64,000 nucleotides of DNA from the NCBI RefSeq assembly GCF_001194135.2, contig NC_068995.1:2868477-2932476 (forward strand), given 5' to 3'. Under the pieces are notes generated by a model. It searched no databases. It was not told the origin of the DNA and was given only the letters and a program-made list of their open reading frames with translations. This DNA is from Octopus bimaculoides. Lineage: Eukaryota. The position numbers and the translations under genes are program-made. Below are positions 27,826-39,660 of the stretch, in pieces (position 1 is the stretch's first letter; every line of letters starts with the position of its first letter).

Positions 27826-28556
27826 AATTTTAATTACGCCGCTTCTCTCCCAATTATACCTGAATCAGCGAACATCATTGGTTTACTCTACCTCTATTAT
27901 ATTTCCTGCTGGAAAAATGGGTCTTGTCTATTTTGACTACCACCGAAGTTCCATTCTTCAAGTCCATGTCATCACTTTGGATAGGAAGTTGTCCAATAAA
28001 ACGAATACCCTCATCTTTGCACAACTGGGCCCAGTCACTGCTGGCTTTCGCAACAGTATCTTGTAATAGCATATCTTTAGTCCAAGAATAAATGAAAATC
28101 ACTAATTGTGACAGATCCAGCTTAGATTTATCAAAGACCGAATCAGTTCTTATAGACTTCCTATTTTTACAACGGCTGCAGTACCACCTATATTTGTCTT
28201 CGCAACCTGTATATTTATTTACACCACATGGAATATTACATGTAGTGCATGTATATGTATTTCTAATCAATCGACGTTTGGCCAACCATTCCAAAATATC
28301 CAAAGAACCTGGATCACCAATTGACTTGGACAAAGAATTTAAGGTCCACTTTTCATCTCGGATTTCTGCATCTGTCAAAACTTGGTCGACAATTTTCAAT
28401 TTCTGCTTTGGACCTCTACGAGCCATGTTAAATGATTTGCTAATACAACTATTTTATTTCTCATCTTATGCACTGTATATCAGCTATTTTACAATTTGTT
28501 GTCCAATCTCATCTAAACTTTGGTAAAATGAAAGCAAAAACGGCGTAATTAAAATT
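27826..28556. repeat. 16-bp perfect inverted repeat bracketing the Merlin ORF
   Basis: AATTTTAATTACGCCG at 27826-27841 and CGGCGTAATTAAAATT at 28541-28556. Confidence 0.85.
27875..28426 (-). CDS. Merlin (IS1595/ISXO2-like) transposase N-terminal half, intact 183-aa ORF
   Basis: WLAKRRLI...CTTC...RWYCSRC...SIRTDSVFDKSKL zinc-ribbon region, then VVKIDKTHF..RKYNRGR (first catalytic Asp motif). Stops just before the QWVFG motif. Confidence 0.85.
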   Translation of the reverse strand: MARRGPKQKLKIVDQVLTDAEIRDEKWTLNSLSKSIGDPGSLDILEWLAKRRLIRNTYTCTTCNIPCGVNKYTGCEDKYRWYCSRCKNRKSIRTDSVFDKSKLDLSQLVIFIYSWTKDMLLQDTVAKASSDWAQLCKDEGIRFIGQLPIQSDDMDLKNGTSVVVKIDKTHFSSRKYNRGRVNQ

Positions 28557-29965
28557 GGAATCAGCAGTAATGGAGAAAGTCAAAAATCCGACATGGATTT
28601 CATGAATTGCCGAAACGAAAAGAAAGAAGAATGAAATGCTTTAAAATAACCAAAGTAGGCCTCCCACTCCAACTTTTGTTATTCATTTTTAACTGTCAAA
28701 GTAATTTTCAGATTTTTCTGATTTTGACATGGGATTGTGCAAAATTAAATTAATAAAAACAAAAGAAATTGTTAAAAATATCAAAATTTATTTACCCCTC
28801 CCCCAACATACATAAAGCGTCAATCTTGAGGAAACACAAATTTCTTAGAATTACATAAAGACAGGCGAAACACGACTAACTGTGCCTTCATATTAGCTCT
28901 TTACCATATTTGTTAACTATATTCCAGATTTATTTAGTCTCAGCACCAATTATATACAGTAGGATTATATTACATAAATATAGACAAACCAGAAGGCACT
29001 GGGTTTCTTTGATAATTTTGCAGACATCCGACCAAAATAACGAAAGTGATTATTATTAATAAAAGCATTAATTAGTATAATAATAATAACTCACTTTATA
29101 ATACAGAAATGTAAAAATGAGGTTATACTTTTATTGGCTTCGAATGGATAAAATAAATATTTGAGTCACTTAAATTTTATTAATCATTTTAGAAACTAAT
29201 TTAATTTTTAGGCTATTTTAATTAACTTCACTCGAAACTGCTTATATAACTATCACATACTAAATGCATATATATATATATATATATATATAGATATATT
29301 TGTTATATACATTACTTATGCATGTGTTTTATAGACCTAATACTAGGATATTGGGGTATTTAGTTTGACACTACGGTATTATATATATATATATATATAT
29401 AACGGTACATTATGTATACACTTGTCTGATGTATATAATACTAGTATCATATACATGAAATATTCATGTATATTTTCATTAGCACCATTCTATACAAGCT
29501 CCAAATAAATACCTCGTAATAAACACACGCACACATATATGTGTGTGTATATATAGAAATATTTATACATATTTGATCTAATTTAAAATCACTCGATATG
29601 CACACCTAAATGTATGTAATGTACTTCAACATCATCTATCTGCAGTACTTTATCATTATATGTATATGTGTATATGTGTATATGTATTTGTACAGGAGTG
29701 TATATATATTTATGAGGATGTGTTTATATATGCGTATTCATATTTGTATGTATATATGTATATGTTATATACATTATAAATGTATACACGTGTCTTGTAT
29801 GAATAACACACACACACCTACATACACAAGTCCAAAGTAAGCTAGAATCATATATTGCAGCAAACAACTGATGAGAGGAGGGGGAGAAGATGCACCTGTT
29901 TGCAAACGTGCTCAATTATTTGATGCAAGTTTTGTTTTAATACGGTTTCGACTATTAAATAGAGT

Positions 29966-30006
<41 letters not shown>

Positions 30007-30384
30007 TATATTATATAGAATACACTCTACAATATATATTCCATTGAGTGATGAAACATTTTAGAAAAAAATAAATATCAAAAATTCACCCATAAAACAT
30101 CAATGTAAGCGAAAGAAATTACTTTAAAATAGTAAAGATTATTAATTAAATAAATTAAAAATATTTAATCATGATGGAAAAAAAAAATTTTTTTGACCTT
30201 TGACCCAATATTAATATGTGGTCCTGCATTTTTTTTTTTTGTTAACGAAAAAATAAAACTTTTCTTTCTTTACACTTAGTAATTAAAATGATGTTTGTAA
30301 TGAGTTAAATTGATGAAGGGCAAAAAAGACACAATATGATTTTTTTAAAAAAAAAGCTTTGATCGTTAAAAGTGTCAGTCAGTT

Positions 30385-31150
30385 TCTGAACATGGCGTCG
30401 GGTCTATTTCAAAGAGGGGGGAAAATGGGACAGCAAGTTATCTATTTATCAAAGGGAAAATTTCTTGTGAGAAATACAGAGACAATGAATGTGTATATAT
30501 AAGAAATAAAAACCGTATGTATGTAGTATGTATGCGATACAATTTCATAGACTATCACCACCAACTCTTATAATAACAGTAAGATGAGGCAGTCCTACCG
30601 TAACAAGTGGTGAGACACACATTTTAACAGCCAACATGGAATAGAGAAAGAGAGAGAAAGAAAAAGAGTGAAACAAAGAGACAGAGAAAAAGAGAGAGAG
30701 AGTTGATACGCGCTTCAAGTGCGCATGCGTACAACATAGTCATTTTCTCTCATGATTCTCGCCGTAGGAGGAATGGTTTACCATATAAATGCATACGTAT
30801 ATTCACACACACACACATATATATATATATACATACATACACACACACACATATAAATACATACACATGTATACACACACACTATATATATATATAAATA
30901 CATACACACCATATAGGTACATACACACGCTATATAAATATATATATATGTATGTATGTACATTATATCTACTTTACTTTTATTTGTTTCAGTCAGTTTG
31001 ACTGTGGCCATGCTGGAACACCGCCTTTAGTCGAACAATCGGCCACACTCTGCGCGCGCGCGCTCGTATGTCTGAGAGAGAGAGATTAGCCTGGGCTGGG
31101 ACTATTATTAGATGCAATTTCGCTTCCGTCTTCACGGTTTTTGCTGTCAT
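30385..31150. promoter_or_regulatory. Candidate promoter region with YY1-like and NRF1-like motifs
   Basis: AACATGGCG at 30389-30397, TGCGCATGCG at 30720-30729, and a CpG-rich (CG)n stretch near 31050 in otherwise CpG-poor DNA. Confidence 0.35.
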
Positions 31151-31904
31151 TTTACGTTCGGTTGACTAGATGTCCTGTGATATTTTATTAGAGATTTACG
31201 GCAGATTGAGACCATGGAATTACGTCATTTGTCTAAATTGAAAGAAGATGTATTGAAAAATTTCGATTTTACTCAATTATACAACATGGAACTGTTGTTC
31301 TTCGACTAAACCATGCTGATATTTTATACACTAAATGATGTAGCTTGCTGTCAATAAATAAATACCATAGGGTCTAGTGCACTGTAATTATCTAAATTTG
31401 ATAATTACAGTGTAATTTTTGTTGAAAAGGAATCATTATTATCATAAATGTATTTGTACAAAATGAAACAAAATTTTAAAAAATAGAATTAATATTTTCT
31501 AATTGTCAAATTATAATTTTCCTTTAAATATTTTCATATATAAACATAATTTTAAATTATTTTTTCTAAGGTGTAATCATTTACAGATTTTACGTAGAGT
31601 TATTGCTGTTTGATAATATGACCAGGATTAGAATTAAATTTAACTAGGAATTTCATATTTTATTAATGGTAAATTATCTTCGAAAAAAAAAACTTCGAAA
31701 TTGATCGTATCAATAACATTCTTCGTTATTTATTCAATAAAATCCTCAAAGTTCAATCTTCATATATTTTGTTATGTATCTTTGGATAATATTTTTTTCT
31801 ATCTCTCCATAATTCAAATGGCATAATGTGCGATAAACTCCTTTCGGTTTTGCTTTGGATCGTAATTTTCATTAAAAAAAAAAAAAAACTTAAATTTACA
31901 GCAT

Positions 31905-32015
31905 CGAGTGACGGCGAAGGTAAAGGATAAGCACACCCGGTGTTTAAGGTAAAATTAGGGGTTAGGGTTACATCGAAAACGGGTGGTATGCGTATTCTTT
32001 ACCTCCGCCTGAGTG
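31905..32015. repeat. Short dispersed repeat (Helentron/MITE-like), inverted copy at ~18355-18440
   Basis: aagcacacccggtgttta...gggttagggtt...tgcgtattcttt here; reverse-complement match near 18360. Confidence 0.55.
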
Positions 32016-32270
32016 ACATCCGAATTAGTGATGGAAATGTAGGGGTACAGTGTCCCTCTACTTTTTAAAGAGAGTAGCTTAATCAGAGCCTATAAGCACC
32101 CGAGCAAATCAATGTACTAGGCTCCATAGTATTTATTTATTGACAGCAAGTCACATTATTTATAGGGCTTTCCCATAAGTAGGTTATCTCCCTTGGCTCG
32201 GCGGCGCTCCATGTGGACAATTAAACTTCCGCAGACTATCCACGCTATTGTTATTGTTTTACGTCTTATC

Positions 32271-32354
32271 ATGGATATAAAGCAGCTCGATGATTCAGCT
32301 ATTGAAGTACTTACTGTGCCTGAGTTAAAGAAATATTTAAGATTATATGGACAA
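32271..32354 (+). pseudogene. SAP-like motif, start of a transposon second ORF
   Basis: MDIKQLDDSAIEVLTVPELKKYLRLYGQ resembles the SAP pattern LTVxELKxxLxxxG; truncated afterwards. Confidence 0.55.
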
Positions 32355-32674
32355 ATATTTGAAATGTTTCTTCAAATTTTCCACATCTACCTTCACCTCT
32401 CTCATTCCCATGTCGCTGGTCGGCCTGCAGCTGCTAGCTGGTAGTCATATTAAACCCCCTCAGCAATGGCTTTCAACAACAAAACAAGCAACAATACAAT
32501 AACAGTTCCTCAACAAATTCCTACAACGTATTTCTACTCACGCGCTCCTTCAAAACATGACACGATAATAGTTCTTAAAACAATTTCAACAGAACGCAAA
32601 TCAGAGAACTCACCACGTTAACCGCTTTCTTCAATCAAATTCGCAACACAACTCCAAAAAAACTGGTGCTCAAC

Positions 32675-32744
32675 ATGCATAATAAGCACTTGCTAATATT
32701 AGCCCTAAATTGGGGGCTAATATTAGCAAGTGCTTATTATGCAT
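32675..32744. repeat. Perfect 31-bp inverted repeat with 8-nt loop
   Basis: ATGCATAATAAGCACTTGCTAATATTAGCCC-taaattgg-GGGCTAATATTAGCAAGTGCTTATTATGCAT. Confidence 0.95.
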
Positions 32745-33299
32745 TAGTGAATCCCTTTCCATTCTTAGGTCTTTGGGGCTGAAAACCTTGAATAAGTTTA
32801 TCGAGGTAATCCCTTTTTGCAATCATAAATTTTCCTCCACCTTCCTAAAACTATATAAAAATAGAAATAAGAACAAAAATAATAGTATTAGTAGTGGTAG
32901 TAATGGTAATGATAGAAATAAACATTAAAATAAAAAGACAAAAATATTGATATTAAAATGATAATAAAAATATGGATACAATGGTAGTATTTATTTTTTA
33001 TTTATTTTTCATCATGGCTTACGTTGGATTTGAAACCTAATAGTCTTTAGTTACCAAACCTGCCTGACTATTCTAAAGGGTATACTAAAAATTAGATTTT
33101 TTTTTTTTTTNNNNNNNNNNNNNNNNNNNNNNNNNNNNNNNNNNNNNNNNNNNNNNNNNNNNNNNNNNNNNNNNNNNNNNNNNNNNNNNNNNNNNNNNNN
33201 NNNNNNNNNNNNNNNNNNNNNNNNNNNNNNNNNNNNCTCATAATTATAATTTTTTTTTTTTGACTGGTAACTTTGTTGACGTCTGTGTCTTTTTTTTTT

Positions 33300-33960
33300 T
33301 TATCCTGAAGGGGTTATCACCAATTTGTGCTCTATTGTGTCCTAAATACGGCGATATACCCCCGAAATAGCCATGTGTTCTGTGTTTGTGTTCCACCTAT
33401 ACTTGTAATCCACTGTAAATGATGTTTATGGTTTGACTTTACTGATGTTACCTGCGGAATAGGTGAAATATGGATTTTACTTTGCCACACTTTGGATGTT
33501 CTGTTGTTGGTTTGTCCCGTGCGCTTCGGTATTCCTGTTTCTGAAATTGGATTTTACCTACGAAATTTGCTGTCATGAGGCAGGTAGTTGAACTTTCGTA
33601 CTATTTATCTTGAACTTCTTTATTGGTCTCAGCGAATGAACTGTTGTGCTATGTCTCCCTATGTATTACTTTTTTCTCTATATTTTTGCTATATATATAT
33701 ATATATATTTATTCTACTGTATTTGTACCGGTCTCTAATATTTTTAATCAACTTTTAATCGCAGTTTATTTATATTCTATTGTATTTTTAATCGATTTTT
33801 TTTATTCTTATGTATAAAAATTTTGACTTCCCTTTACTAATTTGTTTTTGTGGTCTATGTTGTACTTCTTATTTGTGATCATTGGTGGGCTACGGCTTTT
33901 TGAGTCGATGACCTAACGGTTTTATTCTGCAATTAACTTTGTACCTATGTCTCAACTAGT
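33300..33960 (-). mobile_element. Possible L1/Tx1-like LINE 3' fragment nested in the DNA transposon
   Basis: Minus frame HPKCGKVKSIFHLF resembles the C-terminal CxxC...HLF knuckle; heavily decayed. Confidence 0.3.
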
Positions 33961-34299
33961 TTGAGCACTTCTTTTACAGCCTTGTATAAATTCTTGGTTT
34001 TCTAATACAGAACTGTTAATATTGAATATATATATATATATATATCATAGCTAGGCTTACTCGAAATTCCCACATTCATTCAGAACATTAATAACAATTT
34101 CAATGTATTTATTTGAATGCAAAATTCTTTATTAAAAATACCTGTACATCAACACAACGATTGTTAGATTAAACATTCGTGTTTAGCCCAACGTACACCA
34201 CTCGAATTTGTTTCCCTCTTGAATTTTAACATGTTCTAATCTGTTAATGAGGAGATAAATCAAAGAGACATTTCACTCATCTACTAACTGCGTATATGA

Positions 34300-34578
34300 T
34301 CATGCACTTAATGATATTTTAAATACTTTGTTTGGAAAAACGGATGGCAAGGGGTGATCTTTCGATGGTCCATTAAAATTGACGAAATGCTGGGAACACA
34401 TTTGGCTATTTGCAGTGTAAACAAAGTCTTTCATCACATGTCTCGATCTCTGAAGCCAAATACGACGAATAGCTACGTTTGCAGGATATATATGCAGTGA
34501 AATAACTTTGCCGTCTACATTCTTCCTTCTATAGTGGCTGCATATACAGCAGTATTTGCGTGATTTCTTCGGAGACAT
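34300..34578 (-). CDS. THAP zinc-finger domain (transposase N-terminus), 92-aa ORF
   Basis: CCICSH...SLHIYP...RRIWLQ...MCSQHF...PLPSVFP carries the C2CH ligands and the conserved P, W, F, P of THAP domains. Confidence 0.85.
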   Translation of the reverse strand: MSPKKSRKYCCICSHYRRKNVDGKVISLHIYPANVAIRRIWLQRSRHVMKDFVYTANSQMCSQHFVNFNGPSKDHPLPSVFPNKVFKISLSA

Positions 34579-37500
34579 ATTAACCGGTCAGTACAGTATG
34601 TGAGTCGTTAGTCTGCGGAAGTTAAAGCAAGTCACTGAGCATGCGTACATGTCATACGGGAGAGTTCCAATCAGGGGTGGATAACAACCTTATAGGAACC
34701 CCCTATAGTATCACAATCGGGCCTCTAGATCCGTAAGGCCTAAGTGTAACCATGCCTTAAGATGGCATTGGACATACACCCACCTTTCTAACCTCAGCAT
34801 ATCGGATCCTAGCTTACCCCTGGTACCCTGACAACCCAATATTGGATGGATTTTAAGAAAGACAGTAATGTGTCACGTATCACTTTTAATAATCCAAGGC
34901 CGTGTCGTGCCTCCAGATACAAATTAATTGTTGCGCAATATTTACAAAACAACCATTTTCGTATATATATATACACGAAATATTTTGAGGGATAGAAAAT
35001 CTGTTTTAAAATATACTTGCATTAAGCTCAGTGTGTGTGTGCAAGCAATGCACGAACAAAATGTCAGCTGGGCTCATTAGCCACCAGCGGACCCACAAGT
35101 GTAAAGTCGAAATTTGTCTAAGAGCATAAGGCTCTTAATGGTTAGTGATGGTCACGATTGGACAACCATTATATATATATATAAGCAATAACTACAGGGT
35201 TTTACCCCCCCCCCCCCCAGACTTTGCCATAACCTGCAGATGTTTCCTTCAAAATTCCTACATGCTCGAAATGTACATACATCAAGGTATATTTGTAGAA
35301 AATTTCACGAAAAAATATTAATTTTCATGGAAGTTAAGAATTTAAATGGACTCTGTTGGAATTTCCGAAAATTGTCCCCCACCCCCATTCCCAAACTCTT
35401 TCACCGAAAATTTTTGTATATTCGGAATCTACATAATAAATACAATTTGCATAGAAAATTTCATTAAAAAATATTCATTTTTCTGAAAGTTATGACCTTC
35501 CAAAGTCTGGGGGGTAGAACTCTGTAGTTATGCCTATATATATATATATATGTAAATATATGAACTCCAAACGTAAATCCGGAGGAAATACCGCTAAGCA
35601 TTTTGTCTAGCTCGCCGCCTTTATATATATATATATATATATATACATGCATACACACATATAGACACCCATCCATACATACACACGTCTCATTCAAACA
35701 CGTGCACACTCATACCCATTCAAGCAATCTTTCTATCTCACGCTCTTTCTTTTTATCCCCTCTCTCCCTCCCTCCTAACATGCACTCATTCATACACGAT
35801 ATCCTGCAATCACGTATTCTTCTTCTTCTTTCTCCCTCGATCACGCATTCATATACACTAATTCTTCACCTCCCTCCCTCTCACATACATTCACACTATC
35901 TCTCATTAACACACTCTTCTTTCTCTCTCTCTCTCTTATTCTCGATCATACATTCATTCATGAACATTTTGACTCACGTATTACCTCCTTTCTCTCTTTC
36001 TCTTTCTGTCTCATACGCATTCACTCGCATACCACCACTCACTCACAGACTCCCCCTCTCCCTTTCCCTCACACACATCCGTACCCACTATCACTCACAC
36101 TTACACTCACATATCCCCCCCTCTCTCTCTCCCTCTATCTTTATGTTGTAAATATTTTCAACAAGCCAGGTGTGATTATAACACCTGTCTGTGATGTTGT
36201 TACTAAGGATGAGAGAAATGTGACGTGAGAACAGTTCTCCGAGACTTTCATTCCACCATATTTTGAAATGTTGGTAACCTTGACCTACAAGAAATAGCAG
36301 TTAGATCTCCTCTAAATCACACCATAGTCACTTTTAGAAAGTTAACATCTGCAACACTTGATCATAGAACTGACCCAGGGTTAAACAATAGTGGTTTCAC
36401 ATTTTGGCACTAGGCCAGCAATTTCGGGGAAAGGAGAAAGTCGATTACATTGACCCTAGTACTCAACTGGGACTTATTTTATCGACCTCGAAAGGATGAA
36501 AGGCAAAGTCGACCTCGGCGAAATTTTAACTCAGAGTGTAAAAGACAGACGAAATGCCGCTAAGCATTTCGCCGGTTCGCCGTAGTTGTCTGCTAGAAAT
36601 AGCAGCTAAATCACATCTTACTATCTTTCAAAGGCTTACCTACTGTTCGATAGCCCACCTCGACTTTGTTCCCTAACATTTTTTTAAAAATACATATTTT
36701 TACCGAAATTCTGCAGATATACGCAGTTAAAATTGCATGGTGTAAAACTACATTAAACCCCTGTTTATGAGGAAAAACTACATCAATTTAGAGTGTTTAC
36801 GGTGTAAATCTGTGTTCGAAGCCTGCATTTATAATGTAAAACAATGTTAAAACACTTTCTGTATGAAACTGCTTGGAGATATTGCGTTTTGATGTAAAAC
36901 GACAATAAAACTGATATTTTAAAATATAATCTAGATTAAAACACTGCATTTATTAATATAAAACCAGATTAAATGGCATACCTACACAAGTGTGCCCTCA
37001 CCACGACTCTGTTTCCAGTTTTCAGAAAAGAAGGATATATTTTAATGATATTTTCTACAAATACGCTATAGATGCTGTAGATTCCGATTATATCGGAATT
37101 TGTTGTGAAAAGAATTTCCATGAGCGGGGACAGGGTTCCGGAAAATTCACTCGAGTCAGCTTTGTTTCCTCGTAATTTTCAGGAAAATGGGTAAATTTCA
37201 ATGAAATTTTCAAGAAATACCTTTCAGAGTGCGTAAATTACGATTATATCGGAATTTAATGTAAAACAAAATTTGTGCCAAAATTTAAAATCATTATTAA
37301 GCTGATGTTTGGAACATATATTGATATGAAATTTTGATGGAAGTTTTTAATTTAGATCACTTTAAACCTTTTGCTATCATACCTCTGTTGATATATACTG
37401 CTTTCACTTCAATTAATTTCGAAAATAATGAAGAGTTTTGTAAAACAATTTTGCCATTATAATAATGGCTGGTGTTTGAAACAACTTCAAATTTTGATGA

Positions 37501-37709
37501 CAGGTTTTAATTTTAAAGCAGAAAGTTTGTATCATAGGACCAGAGTTGGTTTCAAGTTAGTATCAAAAAGTTAAGACTCTTTTTATGATATAAAACTAGA
37601 TTAAGATACAATATATCTTTGTCTTTAATCTTTTGCTGGCTTTAGTCATTAGACAGTGGACATGCTGGGGCACTTCCTGGAAGGGTTTTACTCAACTAAT
37701 CAACGCCAG

Positions 37710-38280
37710 CTCTTCATCATCATCATTGTTTAGCGTCTGTTCTCCATGCTGGCATGGGTTGGACGGTTTGACATGGAGCTGGTTAGCAGGGATCTGTCCA
37801 GATTCCATTTGTCTATTGTGGCATGGCTTCTGTGATTCCATGCCCTTCCTGACGTCAGCCACTTAGCAGGGTATGCTGGGTGCATTTTACATGCCACTGG
37901 CACAGGTGCTTTTTAAGTGGCACCCGGAAAGGACAAGCCTGTATGTATGGAGGACAGTGGTTTTACTTGGCTTGATGTTTCTTATCAAGTACAGCAAATC
38001 GCTACATCTCACGGTCCCTTATCTCCTCAGTGAAGCCCAGTATGCGAAGACCTTCATCCCATGCCTTCAGGATCTACCCCTTCCACAGGGACCCTCCACA
38101 ATTAGAGCTCGGCACTTCTTTATGCAGCTGTCCTCGGTCAAACACACCATGTCTTTTGTTGATACCACTTAGTTACAGGGATGAAACAACCCAACGCTGT
38201 AAATCTCCTGTAAAACACTGAGTTTCTCACCTGTATTGATTGCATCACTTCCTCCATCATTGTATCAATTTAAGGTGTAA
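37710..38280 (-). mobile_element. RTE-type LINE 3' end
   Basis: Minus frame EDSCIKKCRALIVEGPCGRGR, typical of the RTE ORF C-terminus, followed by the (GAT)n tail family. Confidence 0.7.
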
Positions 38281-39357
38281 CATTATTGATTAGCTATTGA
38301 CTAATTGATTGCTATTTTGTTCACTGCACTCTGTGCACTCCTGATCATAATGCATGCAGAGAATTATTGAAGAATATGGAACTCTATGAGAGTTCAATGG
38401 AAGCTGGGTGATTGATAAGTTCTGTTACCTGGGAGAGCTGAGGATTTCTGGGAGGGGAGAGGAGATAAAAGAAATAAAAAAAAGAAACGAGAAGCAGAGA
38501 TTTAAGGACTTTTCTTTGTTCTTTGTATTGAGAATGAAAAATTCCTTTTTTTTAAAATACAAAAGAAGACACCATGCTGTATGCACAAAGCGTGTAATGT
38601 TGCCTGGCAGAGGAAGAGAGAGAGAGAGAGATTGAATTGTGGTGGTGGCACAGTGAGGACTGTGGAGAGTGGGATAGGATTAGTTGAATATGGCCTCGAG
38701 GAGATGGAATATTGAATAATGAATGACTGTTCAATGAAGATGGATGATTTGAGAAATATAATGAAGTCGGAGTGGTGGTGGATTTTAATAGAGAGAGAGA
38801 GAGAAAATACAGGGAAAGAGAAAGGGAATAAGAAAGAAGACAGAGAATGAGATTCAGACTAAACAAAAGAGAAAGACAGAAAGAAAGAGAGGGAGAGAGA
38901 TTCAGTTGTGTTACTTGAGATATCATCATCATCATCACCATCATTGTTTCAGTGTCCAATTTTCCAATGCTTACATGTGTCAGATGGAATTTGTTGAGGC
39001 AACGATCTCTATGGCTGGATGCCCTTCTTAACGCCAACCACTTTACAGGGTATACGGGGTTACTTTTATGTGGCACCAGTCCTAATGATGTCACCTGTGC
39101 TTGTGTTTGTCCTCCACCCCACCCATTGTTTCGCTGCTTTACAACCAGTGTTGGTTTATTTATGTCCCCTTTGTAGTTCAGTAAAAGAGACCAGATTAAA
39201 GAAAGAAAATATGAGCAACAGGGTTGACTAAAACCCTTGATCACAGTGCTCCAGTATGGGCTCAGTCCAATGAAAAATGAATAAAAGATAAGAAAAGGAC
39301 TAAAAGAACAACAACGTTAACTTCAGCTGCCAAACACGACCAACTTGTGGGAGCATA

Positions 39358-39660
39358 GGTGTGGCTGTGTGGTAAGAAGTTTGCTTTTTGCTTTCCAACC
39401 ACTTCATTATGGGTTCAGTCCCACTGTGTAGCACCTTGGACAAGTACGGCCGCAGTCAAATGACTGAAACAAATAAAAGAATATATATACATGCACACAC
39501 ATGGTAGGCTTCTTTCAGTTTCCGTCTAGTAAATCTACTCACAAGACTTTGGTTGTTCTAAGGCTATAGTAGTTGGCACTTGCTCATGGTGCCATGCAGC
39601 GGGACTGAACCGGAAACCATGTGGTTCGGAAGCAAACTTCTCAACCACACAGCTGCACTT
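39358..39660. mobile_element. Two tRNA-derived SINE pieces in opposite orientation
   Basis: Head gtggctgtgtggtaagaagtttgc (+) at ~39358 and a reverse copy at ~39505-39655. Confidence 0.7.

Larger units (their letters stand above)
32164..34704. mobile_element. Internally deleted ISL2EU-like DNA transposon with nested insertions
   Basis: Imperfect TIRs AGGGCTTTCCCATAAGTAGGTTATC and (reverse complement) AGGGGGTTCCTATAAGGTTGTTATC; AT dinucleotide on both flanks (32162-63, 34705-06); convergent SAP-like and THAP coding starts at the two ends. Confidence 0.65.

Noticed and set aside
39358-39450. tRNA-like sequences in SINE heads
   Set aside because: Attached to SINE bodies with no complete cloverleaf; not tRNA genes.
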